Source: Folioceros fuciformis (Eukaryota). From it: DNA of 64,000 nucleotides. The DNA lies in contig JBNGIO010003970.1 of the NCBI GenBank assembly GCA_049999805.1, positions 1 through 64,000 on the forward strand. The letters are read 5' to 3'. Position 1 is the stretch's first letter; each line of letters opens with the position of its first letter. Under the pieces are notes generated by a model, which did no database searches, was not told where the DNA came from, and saw nothing but the letters and a program-made list of their open reading frames with translations. Positions 25,343 to 42,800 of the stretch are shown piece by piece. A program made the position numbers and the translations under genes.

Positions 25343-26356
25343 ATTATAGGATACACAGTTGGTTGTTGTCTTGTTCAATGTTTACGACACTCTTGTCTTT
25401 TTCTCATAGTACTATGTTACATTTTGTATGGCCTCTGACATCGCGTCTCCTTTTGAAATGAATGTTGACGGTAATCTCTATACATAGTCATGCTGCCGAT
25501 ATTCAAATTATCCGCGACGACAATAAAATTCAGAATGTGTTTTTCAAGTCGTTATCAAAAGTCAAGGAGCCATCTCTCTCGCATATGACTGTTCATTCTT
25601 AACATTGTAATTTATTGTAGGTAAGTGATGTGGAAACGGGAAATTTTAAAAAGCCTAAAATGGGCTATGTGGAATAAGTGCGTCAGGTGCAGACCCTGTT
25701 GATCATTTGAGCAATGGCAGCAGCTGTGAGGGCTTGTGCGCCAACTAACTACCTTCACACAATACTAGGAGCCAATGCACCTGACACCGTTGGACATGTT
25801 AGTCGAAACAAATTTTCAACCAACACAATATGGCCTTCCATAGGCAACCAATTTAGGTGGCTTCATGGTGGCAGGGAAATGGAGGACCTGAAGGCGTTGT
25901 GAATGGTCCTCAATAGGTGAGATGCGATCAGAAACGGAAAGGAGATGGAAATTCTGGCACCCGCACCAAAAAGGCAAGAGGAAAACGGGCACTGATGAGC
26001 GATAAGGTAGTGAGGTTTGCTGCACGGCAGTTCGACCAAAGCTGATTTCTTCAAGAATTTCATATATTCATACCCTATCTTGTGCCCCTGAACCCTTTGA
26101 TTGTGGACATCCATTGCTGGGTCTTCACGGAGTGCCAACACCCCGCAAGCCAGACATCCCACAGATAGGCCGATTGTGTGTGAGTTCCAACCGGATGAAG
26201 CCGACGCCGATCAGGGTTGGAATGCCTATTGATGTCCGTGCACCAACGAATAAATCCATCCCAAAGCACAAACCCCGACCCGTGTGCCAATGACGTCAAT
26301 CGGTTTATGCAAAAGGCTAGTACTGCATGAATGGAAAATTGTTCCCCATAGGCAGG

Positions 26357-26488
26357 GATTCAATCCCATCTGCTTTCATTTTTCCATGTTTTCAGGCGCG
26401 ATTCAATCCTCATCTCCTTTCATAGCTCCTTGCTATCAGGCCCGATTCAATCCCTGTTTGCTTTCATTGCTCCATGTTGTCAGGCGCG
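26357..26488. repeat. ~43-bp tandem repeat, 3 copies
   Basis: gattcaatcc...ctttcat...tcaggc[gc]cg three times. Confidence 0.75.
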
Positions 26489-28934
26489 TATGCGAAGGAG
26501 GTTTGAATGGCTAACAGCCGCAAAACGTCCCATGAAAGCATTCCTCGCGTAGTATCCACGCTTAGAAGTTTGGGCTGGTGTGTGTCAACGGTGCCCTAGC
26601 AGAAGCCCTCATTGGTGGGTAGGTTGGGAAGCCGAAGCTAAAACTCAAGCTATGGGCAAAGGGGAAAAGTGTAAGAAACGTTTTTGTAATGGCCTTCATG
26701 TTACACATGTATAACAATGTTGGTGGATTGACAATCGTAACAACGATGGGAAATTATGTTACACTGAGCCTTAATCTTGTTATAGACATGCGTAATAATA
26801 AGAGCGGTTCCCTGCAGTAGTGGGAGACTCTTCTCTTCTGATGGCAATTGGTAAGTTTTTTGTCCTCGACTGTGGTAGGTCTAAGGGCGATAAGGGTCTA
26901 GTCAGTGAGGGGGCTCGACTTTGAATCGATCCAACCAAATTGGAAGTTACAGTCTGAGGGTTTGGTGAAAGATCCACGGCCACATCGCCTGCTACAATGA
27001 CCTCTTCGACAAACTCCTAGAGTACTCGCAATACTACTCCATGGTAAAAGGTGAAGCTGTCGTCCAACTGTTGGATTGCATCTATAACCATTCTCCAGAG
27101 AGTTCCATACTCCGCTCTTCATCACGACTTCAACAAGTCATCATGGTGGGCCGCGGCTACAGCTACATACCTCCAGAGATCCTTGAGTGTTATAAAGGTG
27201 GCTCGGGCCTCTTCTCATAGCTGCAATGTGGTAACCACCTCCACCTGCATCTTGAGGAGCCCGACCTTAGAGTAGATGCTTTGGCTTCGAGCTCCCTTAC
27301 CTTGACCTAGAGCTCGCTGTTCTCCGCCCTGAGCTTTTGCATGCGCTCCAGCAACCCATTTCGCTCATTAGTCCATAGCTCCCCATGATTGTAGAGGTTC
27401 TCACGCAGTAGATTTATTTCGGTGTGCAAGGTTCGAATCTCATGTTGGACTATCTTCTCCACAACCTCGGAGTTGCGTAGTCTCACTCGAAATTATTGTG
27501 TTTGTCGGGGTGAATTCGTTCCCTTCCAAGTGAGCTCCTTCTTGGTATCGAGGGCTTGGTTCTTTCCCTTCATATTGATTGCAGTCCGCCAGATGTTGCT
27601 TGCAGGCTTTCTGCATGTTCGTCTCCCTCTTCATCCATATCATGTGTTCCTCCATATGAGCTGCCTCCATGGAGGATTCTCTGGTGGTCTCCAGCCTGCT
27701 GCACTGGGCTTGGGCTTCCTCAAGTTGCCATGCTAAGGCCGCGGTCTCCTTCGCTCTCTTTGAGCTTTGTTCCTTAAGCTTTGAGAGTAGCAAAGTTGAC
27801 CTTTGTGTCTGAGGGATAGTGACCTCTGTGGCCACTATCCCTCGGGTCGCCTACATCGCTCCCTCTGAGGTGGCTCCAAAGTCAAAATGATGGTTCGCAG
27901 GTGATCGGGCCCTCCCAAATGACGTCCAAATGGCCCGCCTCATCGCCTTTGGATCTATGATGCCCCCTTCGATTAAGTCCTCTAGGACAATAGACCAAGG
28001 CAGCGTCCACCTTGGATCGTGTTCCTCCTCTACGGGCCATGGGCTAGTAGCTAGCATGACTCCAGCCGGGGGTGGATAGGGGGAGTAGGGCCCTCTCCCC
28101 TTCTTTCTCCCATGTGGGGACAAGAGCCTCTTTACTCTGGACGGCCCTATCCCGTGCTTCTCGTTCTAATCCGATTGTGCCGCCATCTGGACCAACTCCA
28201 TTCGTTTGGTCTGCTCTTTGTTCATTAGAGTAGGTAGTAGGAGGGGAGACCGAGAATATCTGTAGGAGGAATTGAAGTGTGTATACAATCTTGAATAGAG
28301 CGATTGGTTCCATATTTAGACACTTGTCTTGAAGACCCGCAAAACCTTATGGGACTCTCTTCAAAGACATCTAGGTAGCATGTCGTTGATATGTTGTGGA
28401 AATTACAAAGTATATATCGCATATTATCATATCACATTCATCAGGATATATCGGAGATAAGGTATGAGTTAATGAACCCGGCATAGTTCGAACTTTGGAA
28501 ATTTGGAAACGGCCGCAAAACCAACACTTAAAATAAAAAAAGAAAATAAACATATCACTGGAGTCCGGCCGAAAGTCAAGTAAAAAGTTCAATAATTTGG
28601 CATCTACACCTTCTATCGAAGTTGAAGTGTGGAGTTCGTATAAAGATCGTCTTCTTGATTTGTTTGACCGAATCATCGAAGAGAAGGAAAGGGTTATTCA
28701 AAGTTTAGCAAGGATTGTGCACGACCTTCAATTGAACCTCATCCAAGCTGAAGGCGTAAGAACTTTATGTGGGCTTTGGGAATATCTATAGGAGGAATTG
28801 AAGTGTTTATACAATCTTGAACAGAGTCCTACCAAGAAGGAGAGCCCTAGCTTATATCCAAACCTTTGCTGGCTAGATGGCTAGACTATCATTATTTTAC
28901 ACAAGGGCATATGGAGCGGCACCCTAAACCCTTA

Positions 28935-29160
28935 GCAACACTTACAAAAAGAGCTCTTTATCCAAAAGTACTTACAAAAAGAATTAGGAACACTTACAAA
29001 AAGGGCTCTTTATTTAACAATACTTACAATAAGAGTCAACAATACTTAGAAAAAGAGCCAACAATACTTACAAAAAGAGCTCTTTATTCAACAATACTTA
29101 TAAAAAGAGTCAACAATACTTAAAAAAAACTCTTTATTCAACAATACTCACAAAAGGAGT
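28935..29160. repeat. A-rich degenerate minisatellite (caacaatacttacaaaaagag variants)
   Basis: About 9 repeats of a 20-30 nt unit are visible. Confidence 0.8.
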
Positions 29161-30056
29161 ATAACGATATCCATCCAACATGTTACTATGTACTTCATTC
29201 TCTCTTACCCTCCACACCTATCTTTTCCCTATAGTTCTTAAGGAGGATAAGATAATCACTTCTTGTTTGCCCTTCGCTCTTTCTTACCCTCCACACCTCT
29301 TTTCCTTGTAGTTCTTAAGTAAGATGAGACAATCACTCTTTGTTTGTCTCTCTCAAGGCCTTTGCCCTAGCCAATTATATTCTAGAGCTCAACTACTACT
29401 AAAGCTGGAAATCATAAACACCACTCATCTCAAAGTACTAGTGCTATTATAACATGATTCTTCATAAAGCTTATGCTTAGAACAAGTAACTTGTTTCCAA
29501 AGGCAACAATAAGCATACACAAGGTAGCTCGAGATTTAAGTTTCATCATATTTTACTTATGCCATTACCATAGCAGTCCTTTATCACCCATCACTTTTAC
29601 TGAAAAAGATACTTTTTTTTGATATATTCATTAAATTCTGATTTGAGAAGTAAGTGAAATTCTTACACCATTTTTATCTGTGACGATTTATTCTTAATGA
29701 CTATTTTTATCTGTGACGATTTATTCTTAATGAAGCATAGCGATTATGTTTTGACTTTTCTTTCATTAGAAAAAAAAAACAGCTGTGGACAGTAACCCTA
29801 ACTTATGGTTAGGAGTATTAGTCAGCTCTTCCGGCTCTAGTGCCGCTCTTGCGTACATAAATGTGAGTCCTGTAAACTCTCGTGAGCTGTGAGCATGAGC
29901 TGGGAGCCTCGTGTGTGGGGAGCTGAATTTCCCTCCTCGCTGGAATTGCTGGGTTTGGTCGAAGGGTTATTGAAGGCTGGATGCCTCATGTAAGTGACCC
30001 ATGATACAGGAAGTGTCGGATCACAACGCAACAACTCGTCACTCAGAACGACGAGG

Positions 30057-33733
<3,677 letters not shown>

Positions 33734-34436
33734 TGCTATTGTTACATGACACCCCTGATTTGGGGCAGGAAATGCATGCGCACACGCCAACACGAAACCA
33801 AGGGAAGGGCCTCCACAAGATGCAACGAAGCGCAATCTATCTTGCCCGTCCCTGTGAACCAGAGCATACAGGTGTTCCTTGAATTCCATTCCGACTATCT
33901 GTGCTAGAGCTTAGTTTTGAGCTCTTGTGTTCTTGCGCAAGTGCTTCCCTGATGTACACCTCAACGGGACGTCACTGTGATGGTAGGATCCTGCTACGCA
34001 AGGGGGAGCCACACCCAATGACTGTTGGCTTCCTTGCATCCCCTTTCGGCCGAAGTAAGTGCCTACATTGATTGGTTTGGCCCCCTCGGTCCGTTCAGTT
34101 GTGAGGATTATGGGTACGATCCTGCGTGATGGCCAAGGTTATTTTAGAGTATATCTTCTGTATATATATATAATTTGGTGCGTTGTATTTGTGGTACTAA
34201 GATGTGTCGATCCCTAAAATTTTGTATATTTTGTAAATTTAATAAAATTGTTAATATGAATTCGCAATTTGGTGTAATTCAAACATAATAAAACACCTCC
34301 GACTTTTTTTATTAAGGTCTTTTTATTACTTACGATAATTTTAGTCATAAAATAAGATGTAAAATAGATGAATTAAAAAAACCGTACCAAGTTAGGGCCA
34401 GCCCACTCTTGGATGCTTGGTGGCACTACGGGAACT

Positions 34437-37400
34437 GCTAGGCCTAAATATCGGTTCGCCAGGGTACGCAGGTCGTACGTACCCTGGCGAACTGACATGC
34501 CATGCAATGAGCATGGCCTTCCTCTCCCTTTCTCGTCTCTCTCGTATCTGTGCCAACCCGCGATCGGGCCACAAGGGGCGAGGGAAACTAATTCAAGGTG
34601 AATACCGTGGTGATACTCTGGCACGATACAAAGTCGAACTCGTCAGCACGCACAGCGTTCATGCATGCGCAACTGGGACGTACTGAGGCAAGCGTGGAGG
34701 AGGATCACCAGACGAGCGAAGAGGACGATCACCAAGACTGAGTTTTTGATTAATTGCGGTATTGGTCAAAACATTTGAAGGGAGACATTACTGGCACCTA
34801 CATTGCACCTACACCTACGCTAGTTTTCTTTGTTTGCTGATAACTTCCAAGTCACTCTCTTCTTCTTTTTCTTCGGTGGTGAGAAGAATGGCTTAGTCCT
34901 GACGATGTTGTTGTCTCCCTCGTTGGTGGTGAATGCTTGAAGAGGCTGCCGTGCTGCAGGCATTTCTTGCTCATATGCAATCAAACACTGGACATCCATG
35001 AGTGTACGTTTCACCAAAAGTGCTGCATCCCCCACGACTTCCTTATTCTTGTGCATCAAATTCACAATAGCATTGCAATCTTGTTCCAGGAAGCGAATCT
35101 AATCTTTTGTTCCGCTTTCTTTACATAAAACACCCTCCAGAGCGGGTTGCAGGTTGCACGAAACGCTTTCCATCAATTGTTCTCTATTATCGCATAAAGC
35201 AAGAGTCATTACAGGCTCCTGAATTACCAGACCATTCGTTGCTATATATTGACGTTTGATCCGGAGTTTGTATGAGTGCACTCCAAGCATATCGTGCACT
35301 TTCACGACGTGTTTACAAAAAAAGCCTTTCCTCCCTTGAGCATGCTCACATGTAGCCCACATGGAATCTGCATTTTCAATTGTATATGTCACATGGGCAT
35401 CTGTTGAACTCCTGCATAGTGCTGTGGTACAAGGTGGGGAAGGCAAAGTAACATTATCATCCTCAATCAGAGTTGCCCCATCTATCGCAATGTGCACCAG
35501 TTTCTCCTCAATCGTGTTAACCACATACCCTCCTTCTTTGCAATGGTTCACATACCAATAATGGGACCCAATTACGAAGCACAATTGATGTAACAGCTAG
35601 TCTATTCGTTTCAGCAAGAGATGCCCTCGTAAGACTAAGTTTCTGCTTAAAACACCTATGTCATGCCTCTATAGCAGAGGCACAGTCTTGCCCTGCATGT
35701 GGAAGCATGCGGGCATTTTTATTGAACATGCCTGCAATCAAAATAGGCCTTGTGAAGATGTGTATGTGCACAAGCTTGAAAAGGGAGAATACGAGGCTAG
35801 AGATATGGACTAACCTAGTTGTGCACCCTAGCTTGTTCTGAAATAGCCCATGAACACGGGATGTCATTTCTCCCACTTGGTATAGAAGGAAAATAGCAAC
35901 TGCTCACCCTCCCGAATTGTATCTCGAATTGATGTGCTAGAGCCCTTGACGTACAACAGTTCACCTAATTCCTGCCATATGGCTTCCTTGTCTACCCTGT
36001 TTTGGACTTTCTTATTAAGATTACGGAGCCAAGCACAACACACATGCTAGAGGCAAAGTAGAACAATAACATTGTAATTGTAAACCTTTGGAATTGCAGC
36101 AATCCTAGCTGCACAATCATTTACCAATATTGCAGAGGGCGACCAAGTTGCATCCTTACTTAATAGAACCTCATGAAAAGATGTCAACCACCTGGCTATG
36201 GTGTCACTTCTACCGTCCTTTGCCAAAACCCATGCTACCGGAATACCATTTATGTGAAGGTCAAAAGACATAATTGTGAAGAGCCGGTACTTGTACTGGT
36301 TTACACCAAACGTGGAGTCAATCTCGAGCACATTATTCCTACCATGTGTTAAACAGGTCTGAAGCATGAACGGGGACTGAATCCCCAAACAAAACGACTA
36401 ATCAGCAGTGGACTTGTGAAACACAAATGCAACATTGAGCCACGTCCATATACCCACACTAATATTGTCATCCTTGATGATGTTTCCACACTGTACCTTG
36501 GAAGTCAACGGCAAGATTCTCAATGTCTGCACGTGTCAAGAAATCATCTCTAACTTGGAGATATTGTGACTCATGCTCCAAGCTTGTTGAAAGCCCACAA
36601 CATTTCGCCCGCACTTGCTCCTGGTGTCATCTAAGAATCTCTAACACATAAACATTACACAGTAAACCATGTTTCACCCATGCCTTCTTGTCAGCACTCA
36701 AGTGAGGAGCCTTGACATCTCTTGGCATGCCTATGTACTATGGGCCACGACACACTCTTCCAGAAACATCCACGTGCATAGTTTCGTATAATGTTACTCG
36801 AGCAATTACTGGCCATCTTCGTAACTTTGCAATGGCAAACGAAGCTTGACAATTGTGTTTAATGCTTTCACCGTTAGCAATCCGAGACTGTCTACACTTC
36901 TTCTCACCCTCCACAGTAATAGGTTTAGGTGGTGGAGGTATGGGAACATTCCGCAAGTCATGTGGCCCATATCCACACCAATAATTGCAAGCAAAACACT
37001 GAAGATGAAATCTTTCGATGATACCAACAAGCAAAAAGTAGATGGATTGAATCCTTAGGGTCCATACATACCGTGTTGTAACAATGGTTGCATTTAGCTT
37101 CAGACAACTTACTGCGGAAGTATTGCTGGCCGGCCCTCTAATTTGTAGGATCATGTGGCAATGAGTTGATGCCCTCTATGAAATCCTGCACTCTGGTCCA
37201 AGGGATGTAAGCTAGCTGTCGTTGTTTGTCTTAGCCATAACAAGATGGATGCCGGTATGAGGATTGCACCCATTCCAAGTCATTGAAAGAAAATTTCCAT
37301 CCACCAGGCCTTTGAACTGCAAGAGGACAATGCACTGCAACCTCATCCATCGCTGGAGCACGATTAATATACGTGCATCCTCTCTAGCCTTCGGTCTTTC

Positions 37401-37705
37401 AACTCTTACCGTGTGCTGCTTTGAGCAGAGCGCTCTCTGCGTTCTCGTACTCAAGTGAAACAAATGAAGGGCGAGTAGTATCGCCACGGGAATTGAAACA
37501 AATGAAGGGCGAGCAGTATCGCCACGGGAATTGCCACGATAATAGGGCGACGGGAATTTGAATTAGTTCCCCGTCACTCCTGGTAGCTCGGTCGCGGGTT
37601 GGCACAGATAAGAGAGAGAGGAATAGGGGAGTGGAAGGCCATGCTCATGCCATGGTATGTCGGTTCGCCAGGCCGTACCTTGGCGAACCGATATTTAGGC
37701 CTAGC
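34437..37705 (-). mobile_element. Mutator-like element (MULE) with ~150-bp TIRs and a decayed MULE+SWIM transposase
   Basis: Left TIR 34437-34596 (gctaggcctaaatatcggttcgcca...aactaattcaa) is the reverse complement of 37558-37705; internal IDSTFGVNQYKYRLFTIMSFD..GIPVAW (MULE domain) and ATCEH..GFFCKHV (SWIM); contains stops and frameshifts. Confidence 0.9.
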
Positions 37706-37805
37706 GTACCGGAATCCGGCATCCTTGTGTCTGCTTGCTTATGGTTGGTTGCCAGAGCTTCTAATATATTTTTTTCATCTCTTTCATTAAAAACAAATAC
37801 AGCTA

Positions 37806-39036
37806 TCACAAAATATATGGATTTGGATTTAATCTTCCTGGAAATACAAAATCTGATCTTAGCAGATGCTGAAAACTTAAAACGCTTGCGTTTCTGAAGG
37901 TTGAGTGCTGAGCAATTGCTAGCAGAACTGTATTTTCTTTTGGTAGGGAACATCTCCATACACAAAACCATTTTCTGTCGTTTAGGGACTTTCTCTCGTC
38001 CTGGTCCTGGTCCTGGTCCTCGTCCAGGGTAAGCCGGTGGGAGCTCAGACGCCGGACGCGGCTCCCGGTTGAAATTTCCCGAAGGCTCATCATTTCACAT
38101 TGCCTCTTGCTGACCTATTCGGACTCATGAAGGGACTGTCGCCTCAAGAAGCTGCGAGCCGGGAGGTAACTTTCCCAGGCCGGGTAAAATGAGCTTAAAA
38201 CTCCGAGGCATCGGTGTGGGGTCGTAGTTGTAACCAGTGAGAATGAAACCTGCACACAAGGGAAGTGCAAACCCGAGAAAGCTAAGTTGGTAACGAAGTG
38301 GCACGCAGGCCGAAGCGGTCGCAGCTCAAATGCAGAAGAGCCAAGCCAAGACGCACCATGGCTGCGAACGCCGAGAACGTCAGTCGGCGGCACATTAGCG
38401 ACGAAGATCACCTTCTTCCCCACCGCGTCCTCCACATCCATGACGTACCTGCATTCTGAAACCACCGTCCTCACCTCGCACCCGATGTCTACCTGCGATG
38501 GAGAAGCCGTAATTTGCACGCACAGTAAGGGAGCCTGTTCTAGCCTAGCCTTGTAAAGCTGAAGGATGACTGACGCACACTCACAGTGAGCTGGAGATAC
38601 GTTCTGCTTTGCGTTGGCTTGCCCCGCTTGGCACTCATGGCCACGTCCTCTACAGGCTTGGCGTCTATCTGATGGCAGTGGCCCCATGGTCAGAGACAAG
38701 CCAAGCGCAAGCGCAAGCATAGCGTCCTGAGCTGGATGAGATGAATGGACTCACGATCAATCCCACGCGCAGGTCCAGCGCCGCAAAGGCGGCCGCGTCA
38801 ACCTGAGGTTTCACTGCCGGGCACGCCGCCCGACTCACAGCTACATCTGTCTCTGAGTGAGCCCGGACAAGAGCGCAGGCTCGCCTGCCTGTGCCTGTGC
38901 TTGCGCAAACGCTGCCCCAGAGCTTTCCGTGCTGCGAGGAGCAAACCGCAGGGGAAGCTAGGAGCGCAGTCCGAGGCGGCAGCGGGGCAGAGGACGCTGC
39001 GCCGGCCAGGGCCTGCCAGCTGAACGCAGCCGCCAT
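37806..39036 (-). CDS. tRNA-binding OB-fold protein (CsaA/Trbp111/Myf family) with a probable plastid transit peptide; 3' end uncertain
   Basis: Ala/Ser/Arg-rich N-terminus; FAALDLRVGLI; VDIGCEVRTVVS; VGKKVIFVANVPP...GVRSHG; STGSRV. Confidence 0.7.
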
Positions 39037-39811
39037 CGCCAAGACTGTAAGGATATGTGACCTGGACCGGTATCGCGGTTCCCAGCCCTTTATCTGGAAG
39101 CAAATACCACTTATGTATGTTGTCCGTACACACGTAGGTTTTCCCTTTGTTCCCGGGAAGGCGAGGAAGGCATCGGACGCGGGGCTCTGTGTTTGGAGAG
39201 GGATGAGTGAAGAGGCGCGCTGTGAAATCGCAGACCCGTGCGACATCGACGCGGATGACATGGCAGTAGACCACCCCTCTGTTCTGTACCCTGTGCACAA
39301 CGATTTTCAGGTCATTTCCTTGACCAGGCGAAGATCGAATAGCAGCGGCAGCTGTGAGAGGCTGAAATTTTGATCGGAGCTGTGTTTGTCTACAGACGGA
39401 TGCCAGGAGGCAAGCAGCAGCGGATGCGTTGATGCATTACTCACAGACGGCCATGATTTGTGTGAGCAGGAGAATTCAACCGAGTCACGTCCGGTTCTAC
39501 CTCATGAAGGTGAGGCGCGACTGTCGGCTAACAACTCTTGTTCTCATCTAACTTAGCGTGCGTATCTATTGGCAGGAGATATCTGGAATCAGAACTGATT
39601 TGGACAGGCGAGCCACGCCGGACGGAGCCTCAACCTCTGCGGGTGCCAACCGCTCAGACGGCCCCTCGCTCTCCTGACTTGTCTCGGATTATCAGAAAGA
39701 GTGGGTTACTTTGTACGTTTGCAATATATGTATCTGAACAATTGATACAGTATACACGCACGCATCGGCCAGGGCTGAATCGTTGCAATCGGATTGTTCA
39801 CAGTTCAGTCC

Positions 39812-42800
39812 ATGCGTTCCGTCTTGAAAGTCGCTCATCGTCGCATACGCTTTGCGCGCTTTCTCTCCATCCCGCAGCCGCTGGATCGTCTTCACGACAC
39901 TGCAATGCTTTCATCTACCGCAGCGGGAGAGGTGAGGGTCGTGTCCCTTCTCCCAGCAGCTACGGAAATGGTCTGCATCGTGGACGGGGCAAGGAAATTG
40001 GTTGGTAGAGGGCACGAGGATGACTATCCACCGGTCATCACCGATCGTCCAACGCTCACTGCAGCTAGATATTCGTTTACTACTTCTTCAGGTATGGACG
40101 AGGTTATTTCTTTGAAGGCAGGGCGTCCTCTCCACCTCCCCACAACTTCATCCCGTCATATTTTACCACTGCAGATATTGATGGCAAGGTATCGCAATCT
40201 TTGGCCAAGGGAGAGGGGCTTTACTTTCTGGATGCCCAGTTGCTGAAATCACTAAGACCTGATGTGATTATCACCCAAGCATTATGCAGCGTTTGCGCTA
40301 TTGACCACAGCCTCGTGATGAGAATTGCACGGTACTGCGAAATTTTGCTTCTGCAGCTGGAATCATGAATTTTAGGATTCGCACGCCGGTTGGATGCAAA
40401 TAACAAAGACAAGCACTCTTGCGGTGTAGGGAGCTAAATCCTGTTCCTCAAGTTCTTAGTTTGAACCCAAATAGTGTCCAGGACATCTTGGAAGACATCA
40501 TCCGAGTAGGCCAAGCCATTGGTATTTTCTAATTTGTTTTTCAATGCCGAATGGTAATCTGCTTCGGTGTGGCGTAGTCTGTGTTCCTCATCCAGTTGTT
40601 GGTGTACCTTGCAGGCCAGGGTGTTGAGTCACAAAGTGTGGTTGCTTTGCTGAAGCAACGAATAGCACATGCTACAGCCCTGGTCAAAGGTGGGGACATG
40701 AGTGAAAGGCCCCGCGTAGTGTTTATGGAGTGGACTGATCCCATTTTTTGTGGTGGTCATTGGACTCCACAGCTTATTGAGATGGCTGGAGGAGTACATC
40801 CCTTGAATCCTTCCAGATGCTTTGGGCAAGAGTGAGTAGTCACTGTCCCTTCGCCCTTCATTTGGAGGGTGGAATGTGACACCTGTCGTTTTTGCTCCAG
40901 ACTGTGAGAGAGGGCATGCCGGGAACATTTCACAATGTGTAGACTAGGTGAAAAGTTCATCGGGAAGGCGTGATCCTAGTTCGTTTGCTGACTGTGGGTG
41001 GTGCAATTCGCAGGAGCGCAAGAGAGTCATTTCGAGTCTCCCCTGAGGCAGTATCTGATGCAGATCCTGATTGGGTGATTGTTAGTCCATGTGGACTGGA
41101 CATCCCTACAACCAAGGTTTGAGCTGTGGAGTGATCCAGTGACCCCTGAACTGGTGCTATATCAGGCGACTTGTTCAACTCGTCAATCTGGTTTCTGTGT
41201 GCTTGTGAATTCTGAAATATTTGCCGCAAGTTCAGAAGGAGCTCAAGAACGTCGTCACGAAAACGTGGTGGAAGAATCTGCGGGCTGTAAAGCAGGGAAG
41301 GGTTGTTCTTGTGGACGGCAATCAGATGTTCAACCGCTCTGGCCCTCGCATTGTTGATGCCTTTGAATGGTGTGTGAAATAATCATATTATGTGAAAGCG
41401 GTGTTTGGGATGCCAGCCCCACATTTAATTGCCCCTGACACCTCTGGTCTTCCGCTGCTGCAGGTTAGTGGGACTTCTAAATGAAACTCCTGCATGTATG
41501 CCCGCCGAATTTCCATGGGAGAGGTGGATACCTGAAGAGACATCCTTTCAGGAATGCAAGATTCCTGCACATGATACACATTGTGGGAATGGCTGGAATG
41601 GGGTTGAAGGCGATGGATTTCTTGATCCATGGGATGAAGTGATGGATGACAGTTGGGAGGAACTGCCCTTGTCACAGGACATAGAACAAGCCCATGATGC
41701 AGCCTGTCAGCAAGGAGAGAGCATGTACAAAGATCCCAAGACTGGTGAGAAGACGTGATCCTATTTGGCTGGAGTCTGGATGAGCTAAGTGTGAGTGTGA
41801 GAGTGAGACGCCATGTTGCGAGTTTAAGTCCTGATCGGTTTTTGTGTCTTTTGCCCCACATCCGTTTGTGTCGAAGGTTACATGGTATTCACAAGGAGCG
41901 CTTTACGTGAGCGCGGAACCTGTTGCGGAAATCGATGCAGGTAGAGTGAAATGCATGAATTCTTCAAAATTATGTCCTGCTGTAATATCCTTTGTCATAT
42001 CGCGTTGTTCCTCCGTCCTGTCAGACACTGCCCGTTTGGCCACTACAATGTCTGTTGTTTGAAAGGTCCCCGATCATGTACCATAACGGTATGAGCGTCT
42101 TTAATCTGTTGCTTGTTCTTAAGTAGTTTGTGTCGTTGGAGGAGAATGGGGATTGAGCACCTTTTCGAAGTTGGGACGGCACTTCTCTCTCGACTCTGTA
42201 ACCTGGTGTACTTGATGCAGAGTCCCACATTCATGACGACTGACAATCTGAGCAGGGTGTTGAGGGCAAAAGAGCAAGTGGATGCTCTGCATTGGGCAGG
42301 GGATATCTCCTCGCATCTTTCACTCAAGGTTCGACAAATCTGTTTTGTTAGTCCGTGAAACTCAAATGCGGAAAGGTATAAGGTCCTTGGCTTATGTGCT
42401 TTCCGCAGGTGCTGCTTGATCCCGTCTACAACGAGGTGGACAGCTCATCATCGAGTGTGATTCCAGTTGTGTTGTGCACATTTTTTGATCCTTCAAGTGG
42501 ACGTGTCGTCCCTTTAGACAGTAGCAAGGCAGTTCCTGAGGCGGTGTCCCCTGTCACCATACGCGCAATTATGGACCAAGCGAAATTTTTGCGGAAGCCT
42601 CTGTTGGCAATACCTTTAAGGAGGCACTGGACTGTTGAGGCACTGGAGGAGGCGATTGAAGAAGGCCTGTCGCTTGTTCCTGTAAAGGTACCTCATCCGA
42701 TCGTATGATTGTTTGGTAAGCATACGTCCTTTAGAGCAGGGGGTCTCATTAGCGGTTTCTGGTCTTCATTTATAGGTAAGAAGGCTTGTTACGGATTTGG

